From assembly GCA_016844745.1 (NCBI GenBank), contig JAERMQ010000018.1:15629-79628 (forward strand): 64,000 nucleotides of DNA, in the 5' to 3' direction. How positions within the stretch are numbered: position 1 is the first letter of the stretch; each line of letters begins with the position of its first letter. Made by a program: the position numbers and the translations under genes. The stretch is from Ignavibacteria bacterium. GTDB lineage: Bacteria; Bacteroidota; Ignavibacteria; Kapaibacteriales; UBA2268. The notes beneath the pieces were generated by a model. It was not told where the DNA came from, searched no databases, and saw nothing but the letters and a program-made list of their open reading frames with translations. Below, piece after piece: positions 39,371 to 48,676 of this stretch.

Positions 39371-39970
39371 CTACTTCGCCAATTTAAATACTACATCAAC
39401 CTTAGCGCCAGATACAGTAATTTCCTGAGCCGGACCCTTCAATTTCTCGTTCCATACTTTTAGGGTATATTTACCAGCAGGTACGTTTTTAATTGAAAAA
39501 TTCCCATCCTTATCAGTTGATGAAAAATATGGATTCTGCAATACGACAACGTAAGCCTCCATTTCAGGATGCACATTACACAGAATAACACTTCTGCAGC
39601 CTGTTTGCGAAAATTTATGAGAACGGATTTCTCCCTTTTTCCATGAACCGAGATTGAATTTGTCTGCACAGGCATCCGGTGAAAAAACGTTATGCAGAAC
39701 ATCGTCGTTATTTAAAAAATTGACTGTGGTACCAACCAGCACCGGCATCACTCTTGGAGTGAAGACCAGACTTTTTTGGTTCATTTCGGGATTCTTTGCG
39801 GGGGGCTTAAAATTGCCGTCTGCCTTCTCGATATAAACCACGCAATAGGCTTTATATTTTGTTTTATTAGCATCCGTTTCGATGTGTCCTTTGATTTCAC
39901 CGGCATACATATTAATGTATGCCGATAAAAACAAAAGAAGAATAATTTTATTTAAAATTCTGTTTTTCAT
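39371..39970 (-). CDS. secreted cupredoxin-like + CarboxypepD_reg-like domain protein
   Basis: H...C...'CNVHPEM' ligand-like spacing, plus 'DKDGNFSIKNVPAGKYTLKV'. Confidence 0.4.
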   Translation of the reverse strand: MKNRILNKIILLLFLSAYINMYAGEIKGHIETDANKTKYKAYCVVYIEKADGNFKPPAKNPEMNQKSLVFTPRVMPVLVGTTVNFLNNDDVLHNVFSPDACADKFNLGSWKKGEIRSHKFSQTGCRSVILCNVHPEMEAYVVVLQNPYFSSTDKDGNFSIKNVPAGKYTLKVWNEKLKGPAQEITVSGAKVDVVFKLAK

Positions 39971-39984
39971 TATTCACCAAATAA

Positions 39985-40377
39985 TTATTGAATAGTTATC
40001 GTAAAATCTTTCATACCCATTTCACCGGCGTGGTTATAGTTACATGCGAGTTTATACGTACCCATTTCCTTAAAGGTGTATTCGCATTTAAATACTCCTA
40101 TCGCTTGTTTGGTTGCCGTCAATTTTATTGGTGATTCAGTGCCTTTTGTTACTGTAACATCAACATCGGTAACATCAGCAGGAACCATATTATCCATAAT
40201 TTCAAAAACAAATGTTGTAGGAATGTTGGGGACTATCGGATTTGGAGTATAAGTCATCGTGACTTCTGTTGCATGGTCATTATCGGTACTATGGGATGTT
40301 TCGCCACATGATGTCAGGGTTATTGAAAACAGAATAACAAATGTTATTCCGATGGCTGAATTGATTGATATTTTCAT
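39985..40377 (-). CDS. lipoprotein (FixH/YtkA-like fold?)
   Basis: 'ITLTSCGE' lipobox. The ORF track extends to 40431, but MKISIN at 40377 gives a proper signal peptide. Confidence 0.4.
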   Translation of the reverse strand: MKISINSAIGITFVILFSITLTSCGETSHSTDNDHATEVTMTYTPNPIVPNIPTTFVFEIMDNMVPADVTDVDVTVTKGTESPIKLTATKQAIGVFKCEYTFKEMGTYKLACNYNHAGEMGMKDFTITIQ

Positions 40378-40425
40378 GGTTTTTCCTTTAATATTAAAAA
40401 AGTTATTTAAATTTTTATACCCTCG

Positions 40426-40481
40426 TGTCAAGAGTTTCTCTTGACATCCTTTTTTCGAGTCAAGAGGAACTCTTGACTCGA
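40426..40481. promoter_or_regulatory. tandem palindromes TGTCAAGAG-TTT-CTCTTGACA and GAGTCAAGAG-GAA-CTCTTGACTC (candidate operator); paralogous copy at 42235-42290
   Basis: Read directly. Both copies sit ~50-100 bp upstream of minus-strand redox genes. Confidence 0.5.
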
Positions 40482-40490
40482 GGTTTCCAT

Positions 40491-41780
40491 TTATAATGCG
40501 AAATCAAGTCCTATAAACAAATTAAACATGTCGGTTTTATTTGGATTAATTACAGTTTCTGCTTTTATTTTTACATTAGCTACGAGAAGCGAACTTATAT
40601 GTACCACTATTTGCTTCCCAGAAGGGAGAGTTTTCAGATTCGCCTGCTCGTAACGGACAATTCCTGCAAGCCACGGATAGAACATATATTGCGCTTCACC
40701 GAAAAACAAATTGTATTTCTGGGCATCTGCAGCGCCATCCGAGCCAAGTAATATTCCTCCGGTTACGCGCAGGCTACCCATAATAAAACTAATATCACTG
40801 CCTGCCCGGTAGAAATCATAATCTTCATTTGCAGATAATGTACCAATACCCTTATATCCGAAAGCGCCTAATGAGAAGGATGTTTCTTTCGAATTATCAA
40901 ATTTTTCCGCCGATGTAGTGTCATTTGTGGAAGTTCCGTCGAAAGCCAAGCCACCGAATTTATATGCTAATCTGCCATAAAAATCCCTGCTTGAATTCCT
41001 ATCTGCAGCAACACTATTTCCGTTTACTACACCAATAACGTAACGAAGCCGGCTATGTAAAACACCGCTGACCTCCGCTCCCAATTGAAACTGCTCGATT
41101 CCGAATGTTCCGGTGCCATGAGCATGTCCCGCAACAAATTTATCTCCCATCGATGGGGAGTATGTATTCATCGCATAGGCAGCCTCTGTTAAACTACGGT
41201 GAAATGTAGCGAATGGGACTATTTCAGGGATAAACTGACCCACTTTCAGATATAGGGCTTTCTCCGGCAGCCAGTCTGTCAATAGGTTATCGAACTTCAT
41301 AAAGAAATTATCAATACTGCCGGTCTCGCCGTTTTCGAATAGATGAGCTCCAATCCAAAATGATAAATCCTTACCTAATACGCCAGCGGCTAAAATTTGT
41401 AGAGCAGGCATACCGAATTGGGATGTAGTTTGACCGGACGAATCATCAGTAGATACTGTGAATGCCGACCTTCCACGAAGTGAGAAAGGAGCTGTGCCGG
41501 GGATTGAATTTGGCCAGACCGCATCGGGCCACACTCTTTTATATGCTTCCGCACCCATTGGAACAGGTTTTTCTTTGACATTTTCTTCATCGTCAACCGG
41601 AAATTGATAACCGTTAATCCTGAAGGATTCGCCAAAGGAATTCAATTGCGGATATACTGTATGGCAGGTAACACAGCTTGTCTGGTATTTTCGTGCAAAG
41701 GCCGGATTTGCATAAGAAGTTTGATTAATCAGTAAAGTCCAGATTAATACAACAAACGCTGCAATAATTATTTTTTTCAT
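40491..41780 (-). CDS. fused monoheme cytochrome c / outer-membrane beta-barrel (Cyc2-like)
   Basis: Signal peptide followed directly by 'CVTCH', then ~400 aa of alternating beta-strand-like sequence ending in an aromatic residue. Confidence 0.5.
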   Translation of the reverse strand: MKKIIIAAFVVLIWTLLINQTSYANPAFARKYQTSCVTCHTVYPQLNSFGESFRINGYQFPVDDEENVKEKPVPMGAEAYKRVWPDAVWPNSIPGTAPFSLRGRSAFTVSTDDSSGQTTSQFGMPALQILAAGVLGKDLSFWIGAHLFENGETGSIDNFFMKFDNLLTDWLPEKALYLKVGQFIPEIVPFATFHRSLTEAAYAMNTYSPSMGDKFVAGHAHGTGTFGIEQFQLGAEVSGVLHSRLRYVIGVVNGNSVAADRNSSRDFYGRLAYKFGGLAFDGTSTNDTTSAEKFDNSKETSFSLGAFGYKGIGTLSANEDYDFYRAGSDISFIMGSLRVTGGILLGSDGAADAQKYNLFFGEAQYMFYPWLAGIVRYEQANLKTLPSGKQIVVHISSLLVANVKIKAETVINPNKTDMFNLFIGLDFAL

Positions 41781-41799
41781 ATATATTCTCTGCTTTATA

Positions 41800-42189
41800 T
41801 TAATTATTTTTACTTCCCTGATTTCTCCAGGCTTTTATTTTTGCAATATCACAATCATCGCTGATATAATTACTCATATTGCCAAATCTGATGCTGTTAT
41901 AAAGTTTACCGGATACCGAATTGATTTTGATATTCTCATAACCATCAAGATTAACACCTCCGTATTGACTGGTATTGTTGTGGCAAGTTTTACATCTTTC
42001 ATCTATGATTGGTTTGATAAAATCCTTAAAGGAAACTTTGTTAGTATCACAAGATAGTTTAATCTCCGGAGCTATACCTACGGCATATTGGTCGTTTTCG
42101 CAGGATAGTAATCCGACAACAATGATTAATAGGAGCCAAACAAATCCTCTAAAAGGAATAGTAATTATTCCATGAAATGGTATTTTCAT
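41800..42189 (-). CDS. monoheme c-type cytochrome
   Basis: 'CKTCH'; N-terminal TM/signal. Confidence 0.6.
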   Translation of the reverse strand: MKIPFHGIITIPFRGFVWLLLIIVVGLLSCENDQYAVGIAPEIKLSCDTNKVSFKDFIKPIIDERCKTCHNNTSQYGGVNLDGYENIKINSVSGKLYNSIRFGNMSNYISDDCDIAKIKAWRNQGSKNN

Positions 42190-42353
42190 GACTTTGTCCT
42201 CAAATTTAATAATTATTTTAAAGGTTTTTACCTTGTGTCAAGAGTTCCTCTTGACACTTATTGATTAGTCAAGAGCAGCACTTAACTCGATGATAACAGG
42301 TAAATCGCCCTACATTAAGGTTTTATTTTTAAAAGGATATTTTGCTAAGAATT

Positions 42354-42977
42354 TTAGCAATAGATATTTGAAGGGATGTCGCTATCGCTCCCTTCGTCGG
42401 AGGTAAAATGAATGAAGGATATTATGCCTGATATTGGTTCTTTAAGTGGGTATTGAACCTTCTTAAAGGCAATATTAACAGGTTTATAATTATATAATAA
42501 ATGAGAGAGAACAAAATCGGAATAGGAAAAATGATTAGAAGAAATCAGTTTAAAATGAGATATTGAATTAAATGATGATTTGATTTTGAATTTAAGAAAG
42601 GAATCTTTGCAACATGTAGAATTGTCCTTACCAAAATTAATACTTTTGGAACAACTTGATTTTTTAGAAATATTATCTTTTTTAATCAATTTGGATTTTT
42701 TCTTTATACATGAACCACAATTAAACATGGATTTCTTTCCTGTTTTAGATTTTGAATATTGGGAACTGCTGCCGGATTTTTTTGATTGTTCAATTATACG
42801 ATGTGAACTGCAACATGAATATTCATTATTCTTATGGGAATCAAAAAAAGATATATGCGTTGTTCCATTATGCTTGCATTGGTGTATGGAAACATTCACG
42901 CCCAGAGCCGATATTGGAAATATCGCCATTAAAAACGCTGCTGTTATATATCTTATTTTTCTTATCATACCAAACAA
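42354..42977 (-). CDS. secreted Cys/Lys/Ser-rich low-complexity protein
   Basis: Signal peptide; CC/CxxC pairs within a K/S-rich sequence. Confidence 0.3.
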   Translation of the reverse strand: MFGMIRKIRYITAAFLMAIFPISALGVNVSIHQCKHNGTTHISFFDSHKNNEYSCCSSHRIIEQSKKSGSSSQYSKSKTGKKSMFNCGSCIKKKSKLIKKDNISKKSSCSKSINFGKDNSTCCKDSFLKFKIKSSFNSISHFKLISSNHFSYSDFVLSHLLYNYKPVNIAFKKVQYPLKEPISGIISFIHFTSDEGSDSDIPSNIYC

Positions 42978-43083
42978 ATAACTTTTTTCGTTTACCTTAA
43001 ACGTCCAAATTTAAGAATTATTTTATTGAGTTCCACAAAAAATATAAATACTTTTAGATTATACAAATTTGTTGTTGTTACTA

Positions 43084-44205
43084 CTAAAAATTCATTTTAA
43101 TATTGAATCCTATTTCATTGCTTATATAATTGAAAATACTACTATTTGATGAATTATCAAGATATTGATAATTTAAAGACAGTTTTGTGGCGGTGAAAAC
43201 AAGAAATTGATTATTAAAAACCTTTTCGATATTTAATCCAAAACCATAACTGTTATCTTGCATTTTAACAACATCATTATCATAGCTGAAATCAAAATTG
43301 TAGTTATAATTTTTATCAAAATAAAATCCGCTCAATTGTACTTTATACTCATTATCAAAAAAATGAGTCAGTGTAGCAATGGTTTCCCTGCTTTCGTAAC
43401 TATATGGGTCATCATAAATTTCTTTGTCGAATATTAAGTTTGGATTAAAAGCTGCTTTGATTGCGTTTGAAGAACCTATATTCCAGCTTTGAGAATACAT
43501 AAGACTTAATCCGGTTTTATCAGCCAAAGATTGTCCGACTTTAATATTTGCTGTAAGCTGACTGGCAGTCTCAGACTGATTTTTAGAAAATTTCTGATTG
43601 GAAAAAGAAAATAATTTTCCGGTATAGTTCTTATAACCGAGATTAAGTTCGGAATTAATGCTTGTATTAGTTTCTAAGAATTGTTGAAATCCAATAAATG
43701 CAACCTGGTCGGAAAATGACAGACTTTGAGAATAATAATAATTCTTGTAAATCCCTCTGTAACCAATTCTCCCAATTGAAGATTCTGAAAAATTATTTGA
43801 AAGTGTGCTCAAAACAGATAATGAGAAATTGTTGTATCCGGTCAGGTCACCGGAATTCAAACCAATCCCTAAATATGGTAAGAAACTGAGATTCATCGTA
43901 CCATCCTTATCCAAATCGGTGGTATATGCAAATTGAAAGAAATTATCAGAAACAGATGAATTTGATAATTGAGGAAGAAGTGAATAATTCCCCATAAAAT
44001 TAAAACCAAAGTCAGAACCTGATATATTATTCGATAATTTAATATTGATGGAATGATTTGTCAACGGATTAGAGCCGGCAAAATGAAACGGATTCTCAAT
44101 ATAACTGTTATTAAGACTTACAGAGCCTTTGATTTCGGCATTTGCGCGAATACTAATAAAAACAATTGTGAAAATGACAATTAAATAATTTATTTTCTTT
44201 TTCAT
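43084..44205 (-). CDS. outer-membrane beta-barrel-like protein, unknown function
   Basis: Signal peptide 'IRANA' and an S/N/Y-rich beta-like body ending in F. Confidence 0.4.
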   Translation of the reverse strand: MKKKINYLIVIFTIVFISIRANAEIKGSVSLNNSYIENPFHFAGSNPLTNHSINIKLSNNISGSDFGFNFMGNYSLLPQLSNSSVSDNFFQFAYTTDLDKDGTMNLSFLPYLGIGLNSGDLTGYNNFSLSVLSTLSNNFSESSIGRIGYRGIYKNYYYSQSLSFSDQVAFIGFQQFLETNTSINSELNLGYKNYTGKLFSFSNQKFSKNQSETASQLTANIKVGQSLADKTGLSLMYSQSWNIGSSNAIKAAFNPNLIFDKEIYDDPYSYESRETIATLTHFFDNEYKVQLSGFYFDKNYNYNFDFSYDNDVVKMQDNSYGFGLNIEKVFNNQFLVFTATKLSLNYQYLDNSSNSSIFNYISNEIGFNIKMNF

Positions 44206-44278
44206 GATTACACCAAAAAAAATAATTTTATAAAAAGAACACCGGATGAGGCAATACTCATCCGATGTTTTGTGAATA

Positions 44279-44758
44279 TTACTTTCCCTGAACTGTTGGC
44301 AAAGTCATTGTAGTTCTTTGTTTTGGATTATCGCAAACCCCGTCTCCATCAGCATCGATAAAGTTTGGTTTATTATTACCCTGATTTCTCATTCCTGAAC
44401 CGGTTGTTCCTGTTGTAAAATTATCGCAAACACCATCACCATCGGCATCGATGAAATTTGGTTTATTTTTACCCTGATTTCTCATTCCTGCACCTGTTTT
44501 CCCGGTTGCATTATTATCGCAAATCCCATCACCATTTGCATCGATGAAATTTTTACCGTTCATCCCATTTCTACCCAAACCGGCTCCTGCGGTACCTGTT
44601 GGATTGTTATCGCAGATTCCGTCTCCATTTGCATCGATGAACCTCGCTCCTTTAGAAGCAGCCATTTTACCCTTTCCATGTGGCTGGGCAATTGATATTG
44701 AATTCGATATTACCATTGTTACAACAAACAATGCAATTATTCCAATTAATTTCTTCAT
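44279..44758 (-). CDS. secreted repeat protein: 4 x 'NFIDA[ND]GDG[IV]CDN' (Excalibur/EF-hand-like Ca-binding motif)
   Basis: Signal peptide; four near-identical ~23-aa repeats. Confidence 0.6.
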   Translation of the reverse strand: MKKLIGIIALFVVTMVISNSISIAQPHGKGKMAASKGARFIDANGDGICDNNPTGTAGAGLGRNGMNGKNFIDANGDGICDNNATGKTGAGMRNQGKNKPNFIDADGDGVCDNFTTGTTGSGMRNQGNNKPNFIDADGDGVCDNPKQRTTMTLPTVQGK

Positions 44759-44984
44759 TTTAAAATTCCTTTAAATGTTATAAAAATTTATTTCAAATTA
44801 TGGCGCCAAGTAAATTATACACATGAACTGTGCCAAAGATGTAAATAATTGCATTATAAGGAATTAACGAAATTTTTTGAAATTGATAAATATTGAAAAA
44901 CGACAATTTTGTCGTTAAATAAAGCAAATTTGTTGTAAATATTAAATTTATTTTCAGGAGAAAAGAATTAAGCCTTATTTCAGT

Positions 44985-45125
44985 ATCTCAAACCAATTTT
45001 CTGGTCGTTCGACTGATGCTTCAATAGCCTTTTTTAATTTATCCTTGAATTTCCAGCATGTCATCTGCCGCAGTGAAAGCCGTCTTGCAAACTCATAAGA
45101 AGAAATTTCTGAATCCGAAGTATTT
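44985..45125 (-). mobile_element. remnant of IS1595-family transposase N-terminal region (direct repeat of 49660-49800)
   Basis: About 100 bp are ~99% identical to the 3' part of the 49638-50051 ORF. Confidence 0.7.
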
Positions 45126-45143
45126 AAATATTTTTAAAAAATT

Positions 45144-48100
45144 CTATTTCCTGAAATAATTTGTCTTAAAATACAGAACAAATGAAGATATGAAAAATGT
45201 TAGTATAAAGATTGAAATAAGAATCAGAATATCAATCTCAAGGACAAAAGGAAAATATCCATGCTGCAGCAGCTTTCCGGATTTATCAAAAGTGGGGAAG
45301 TAGCAAGGATAAATCATATTGTAATAGGGGACAATAAACTTATGAAATGGGGATTCAAAATCGACGGTTTTTGAAACCAGATTTACCATAGATTCCAATG
45401 ACCATCGAGATATCGTACAATCCGATATAACCCTCAGGAAATGGTTCATTGAACCAATATGCTTAAAAATACCGGCAAAGATTATCTGAGGAATTAAAAT
45501 TAATGGTAAAAAAGAAATTGCAAATTCAATACTGCTTGCTAAAGAAGAAATACAAAGCCCTATTCCTCCTGCTATAACTGATGTAAGGAGAAGAATTAAA
45601 AAAATATAAATAATATCAGCGGGAAGCATTGGAATAAATAAAAAAAGAACAATTAAAAAAGTTATGATTTGCAGAACCGAAATAATGACTAATGAAACAA
45701 ATTTCGAGCTTATATAATTCATAACCTTGAGTGTATATCTATGTTCCCTGATGAAAATAGCTCTTTCAATCACAACATCTTTTACAGAGTTAGTCATACC
45801 TATCCAAATAAAAGATAAAATCATAATAAACAAAAGGTAGAGCAATTTCTGGGCATGCTCTTTATAACCTGTATCTCCGGTGAAGATGATTTTTTTCTGA
45901 TATGAACCATCGAACCATGAGTATTTCTTATTCTCGACTGTATATTGATATTTTTTAATTTGATTGAAAAATTTATTTTTATCAAATATAGGATTCGTGA
46001 AAGCCAGCACCGAAGACTTTCCGAATAATTTGTATTGCCTGAATAATGAGTCATCCTCTTGAGATTTTTTTCTTCTGTCAGGGAGTATTTTTTCCGTCCA
46101 TAATTTTACTTTCTGGGAATCTTCCAGGGCGTTCCAATCATTGACCGAAACTTGCTTATCGGGGTAATTCAAAATATAATAGAAGCTATTTGTTTTGTTT
46201 TGCGGGGAAAGTTTCATTAAATCAATTAACTTTTCCTTGCCAAGTTGCTTCTCGGAGATTACTAATTTATAATTTCCTGCTTTGATTGGAAAGTAGAGTT
46301 CATTGCCTGATTCCAGTTCCTGTTTGGATATTTGATAAGGTCCGATAACAGAATAATAATTTGAGTCGGGATTGTCGGTCGCCGAAGATTGAGAATATAA
46401 AAACAGGGTTTTTGAAGTCAGGTTCCCGATTTTAATATCTTTGCTGAAAGGCGGCAGATACCTTGAGGTTGATGGTCTGGAATAATTTTCAAGTCTTACA
46501 AATTCTTCTTCCGGCTTAAGGTCGGCGAACCGGCTGCCGTCCTGAATAATTCCGGAAAAAATCATACCTAAGAATAGAGCTATAATTGGAGCCTGAAATA
46601 TCAACAGGAATAATGTAATGATATTATTGAATTTCAACTTAAAATTTCTGAAAATCAAAGTTTTAATTTGGGTAATATTCGAAAATTTTTCAAAAACCGG
46701 TTTTACGATTTGAGCCGCTAAATTTGCAATCGATTGAGCTAATTTCTGGTGCGGATGATGAATATAAAACTCATAAGATTCGGATTCAAGGTACTGTTTT
46801 TTCCAATATTCCGGTGGCTGCGATTCCAATGCTTCCAAAATATAAACAGCAGGATTCATATTTGCATCATATTTAATATTGGAATTTTTTTCAAAAAAAT
46901 CTACCGAACGTTTCACAGAGCCAAAATATGCAATTTCACCTTTTTTTGTCAGGATTAGTATTTTATGGAATTTGCTGAAGATTTTTTTCGAAGGTTGGTG
47001 TATAGTTAAAAAAATTGTATTCCCTACATTACTGATTTTAGTAAGCAGATTGATTAACTTTTCGGAATCGGCAGAAGAAAGTCCGGAAGTAGGTTCGTCT
47101 AAAAATAAAATCGATGGGTCGCTCAATAGCTCTATAGCCAAGTTCACTCTTTTTCTTTGACCGCCCGATAAAGCCCCCCGCTTATTCATATCGCCAATTT
47201 TTTTATTTTTTATTTGAAATGAATAAGTGCCGTCTTCGTGCAATTCAGAGAGGTCAAGGCTGATTAGAACATTATCGATAACAGATTCAATATTATGGGT
47301 AGTCAGGTGTGGTAATCTTAGTTTAGCAGCATATATCAGGCACTGTTCAACAGTTAAATCAGGAAAGAGGATATCGTCCTGAGGCAGATAGGCGGTCGAA
47401 AACCTGAAATGGTAGGGATTTTTTGTAATATTGATGTTATTATACAATAAATTCCCACTAATAGATTTATCATTGATTTTATCCACACCTGATAGAATTT
47501 TCAACAAAGTTGATTTGCCTGCTCCACTTGGACCCATTATTCCAACTATTTCTCCTGCGCCGACAGAGAGCGAAATATTATTTAATAATGGAATCGTATG
47601 CCATGAAAAAGGAAATTTGAAATTTTTGATTTTCTTTGAAATATTTAATGCGTCTAACCTGATTTTTCCTTTTATGTGTTGAATATGGATTATCGCTTTT
47701 TCTTCTTTAAGATTGATGGTCAAAATAAAATCACCGAATATCACCGGTTGATTGTAAGAAATCTCGGCTTCCTTTATTTTTTTATTATCAAGGAAAGTTC
47801 CGTAATAAGAATCGCAATCTTCAATACGAAAATTATCGTTATCGAGTTTTCTTATTTGAATATGTTTGTAAGAAATTTTTTCACTAATCAGCACAATATC
47901 ACAATTGGACTGCCCGATAGTTACTTCTTCTTTGCTGAAATCATCGAAAACAAATTCAAGTGGAAATTTCTCAGTTACAAAAAAAGTGTCGTTATCTTTA
48001 AGGAAATCCGGAATAAGGCTTAAATCTAATTTCACATCTTCGATAACTATACTGTCGTTTTCATCTATTAATTTATAATCACCTAAGGAAAGTTTGAATC

Positions 48101-48653
48101 CGTTGATAAATATTGGAACTGGGCTTCTATAACTATTGACAAACCGGGGATAGCTACAGAAAAAATTCCCTTTGCAATTAATAATAGATGCATAAATTTC
48201 TTTTTTATTTAGTTCGGGAAGAATAATTTCGGAATCCTGGGAATTACCAACTTTGAATTCTTCCGATATATCGAAATCAATTATTAAATTGATTTTAACA
48301 TCTAAATTAAAAAGAGGAGCAATTTTAGGATGATTAAAGTCTAAAATGATATCTTTTATTTTGACCCAATCGGCAATAGAAATGATTTCCTTTTTAGTAA
48401 CAATCCTTCTATTGGTTTCAATATCATGGGAATTTTCGTCTAAATTAATAAGTTCATATTGTTGACTTTCAGGGTTATACGTTATAACGGCAGCAAATTC
48501 GGGGATATCCTGCCTGTTAATTTTAATATTACAATAACCTGAACTTCCAATCCAGGTGGTAAAAGTCTCATTGAAATATTGCAGTTTACAATGAGGACAT
48601 TTTTTACTTACGATATGCTCAATTGTTTCATGGCATTTCGGACAAACAAACAT
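45144..48653 (-). CDS. zinc-ribbon + FHA-domain + ABC ATPase + ABC-2 permease fusion (Rv1747-like FHA-regulated ABC exporter)
   Basis: 'CPKCH...CPHC' ribbon; canonical FHA ('GQSNCDIVL...HIQI...GTFLDN'); Walker A 'GPSGAGKST', 'LSGGQRKR' and 'LFLDEPTSGL'; C-terminal 6-TM ABC-2 domain. Confidence 0.75.
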   Translation of the reverse strand: MFVCPKCHETIEHIVSKKCPHCKLQYFNETFTTWIGSSGYCNIKINRQDIPEFAAVITYNPESQQYELINLDENSHDIETNRRIVTKKEIISIADWVKIKDIILDFNHPKIAPLFNLDVKINLIIDFDISEEFKVGNSQDSEIILPELNKKEIYASIINCKGNFFCSYPRFVNSYRSPVPIFINGFKLSLGDYKLIDENDSIVIEDVKLDLSLIPDFLKDNDTFFVTEKFPLEFVFDDFSKEEVTIGQSNCDIVLISEKISYKHIQIRKLDNDNFRIEDCDSYYGTFLDNKKIKEAEISYNQPVIFGDFILTINLKEEKAIIHIQHIKGKIRLDALNISKKIKNFKFPFSWHTIPLLNNISLSVGAGEIVGIMGPSGAGKSTLLKILSGVDKINDKSISGNLLYNNINITKNPYHFRFSTAYLPQDDILFPDLTVEQCLIYAAKLRLPHLTTHNIESVIDNVLISLDLSELHEDGTYSFQIKNKKIGDMNKRGALSGGQRKRVNLAIELLSDPSILFLDEPTSGLSSADSEKLINLLTKISNVGNTIFLTIHQPSKKIFSKFHKILILTKKGEIAYFGSVKRSVDFFEKNSNIKYDANMNPAVYILEALESQPPEYWKKQYLESESYEFYIHHPHQKLAQSIANLAAQIVKPVFEKFSNITQIKTLIFRNFKLKFNNIITLFLLIFQAPIIALFLGMIFSGIIQDGSRFADLKPEEEFVRLENYSRPSTSRYLPPFSKDIKIGNLTSKTLFLYSQSSATDNPDSNYYSVIGPYQISKQELESGNELYFPIKAGNYKLVISEKQLGKEKLIDLMKLSPQNKTNSFYYILNYPDKQVSVNDWNALEDSQKVKLWTEKILPDRRKKSQEDDSLFRQYKLFGKSSVLAFTNPIFDKNKFFNQIKKYQYTVENKKYSWFDGSYQKKIIFTGDTGYKEHAQKLLYLLFIMILSFIWIGMTNSVKDVVIERAIFIREHRYTLKVMNYISSKFVSLVIISVLQIITFLIVLFLFIPMLPADIIYIFLILLLTSVIAGGIGLCISSLASSIEFAISFLPLILIPQIIFAGIFKHIGSMNHFLRVISDCTISRWSLESMVNLVSKTVDFESPFHKFIVPYYNMIYPCYFPTFDKSGKLLQHGYFPFVLEIDILILISIFILTFFISSFVLYFKTNYFRK

Positions 48654-48676
48654 AGACCTCTTTTGTTATTTAACCT

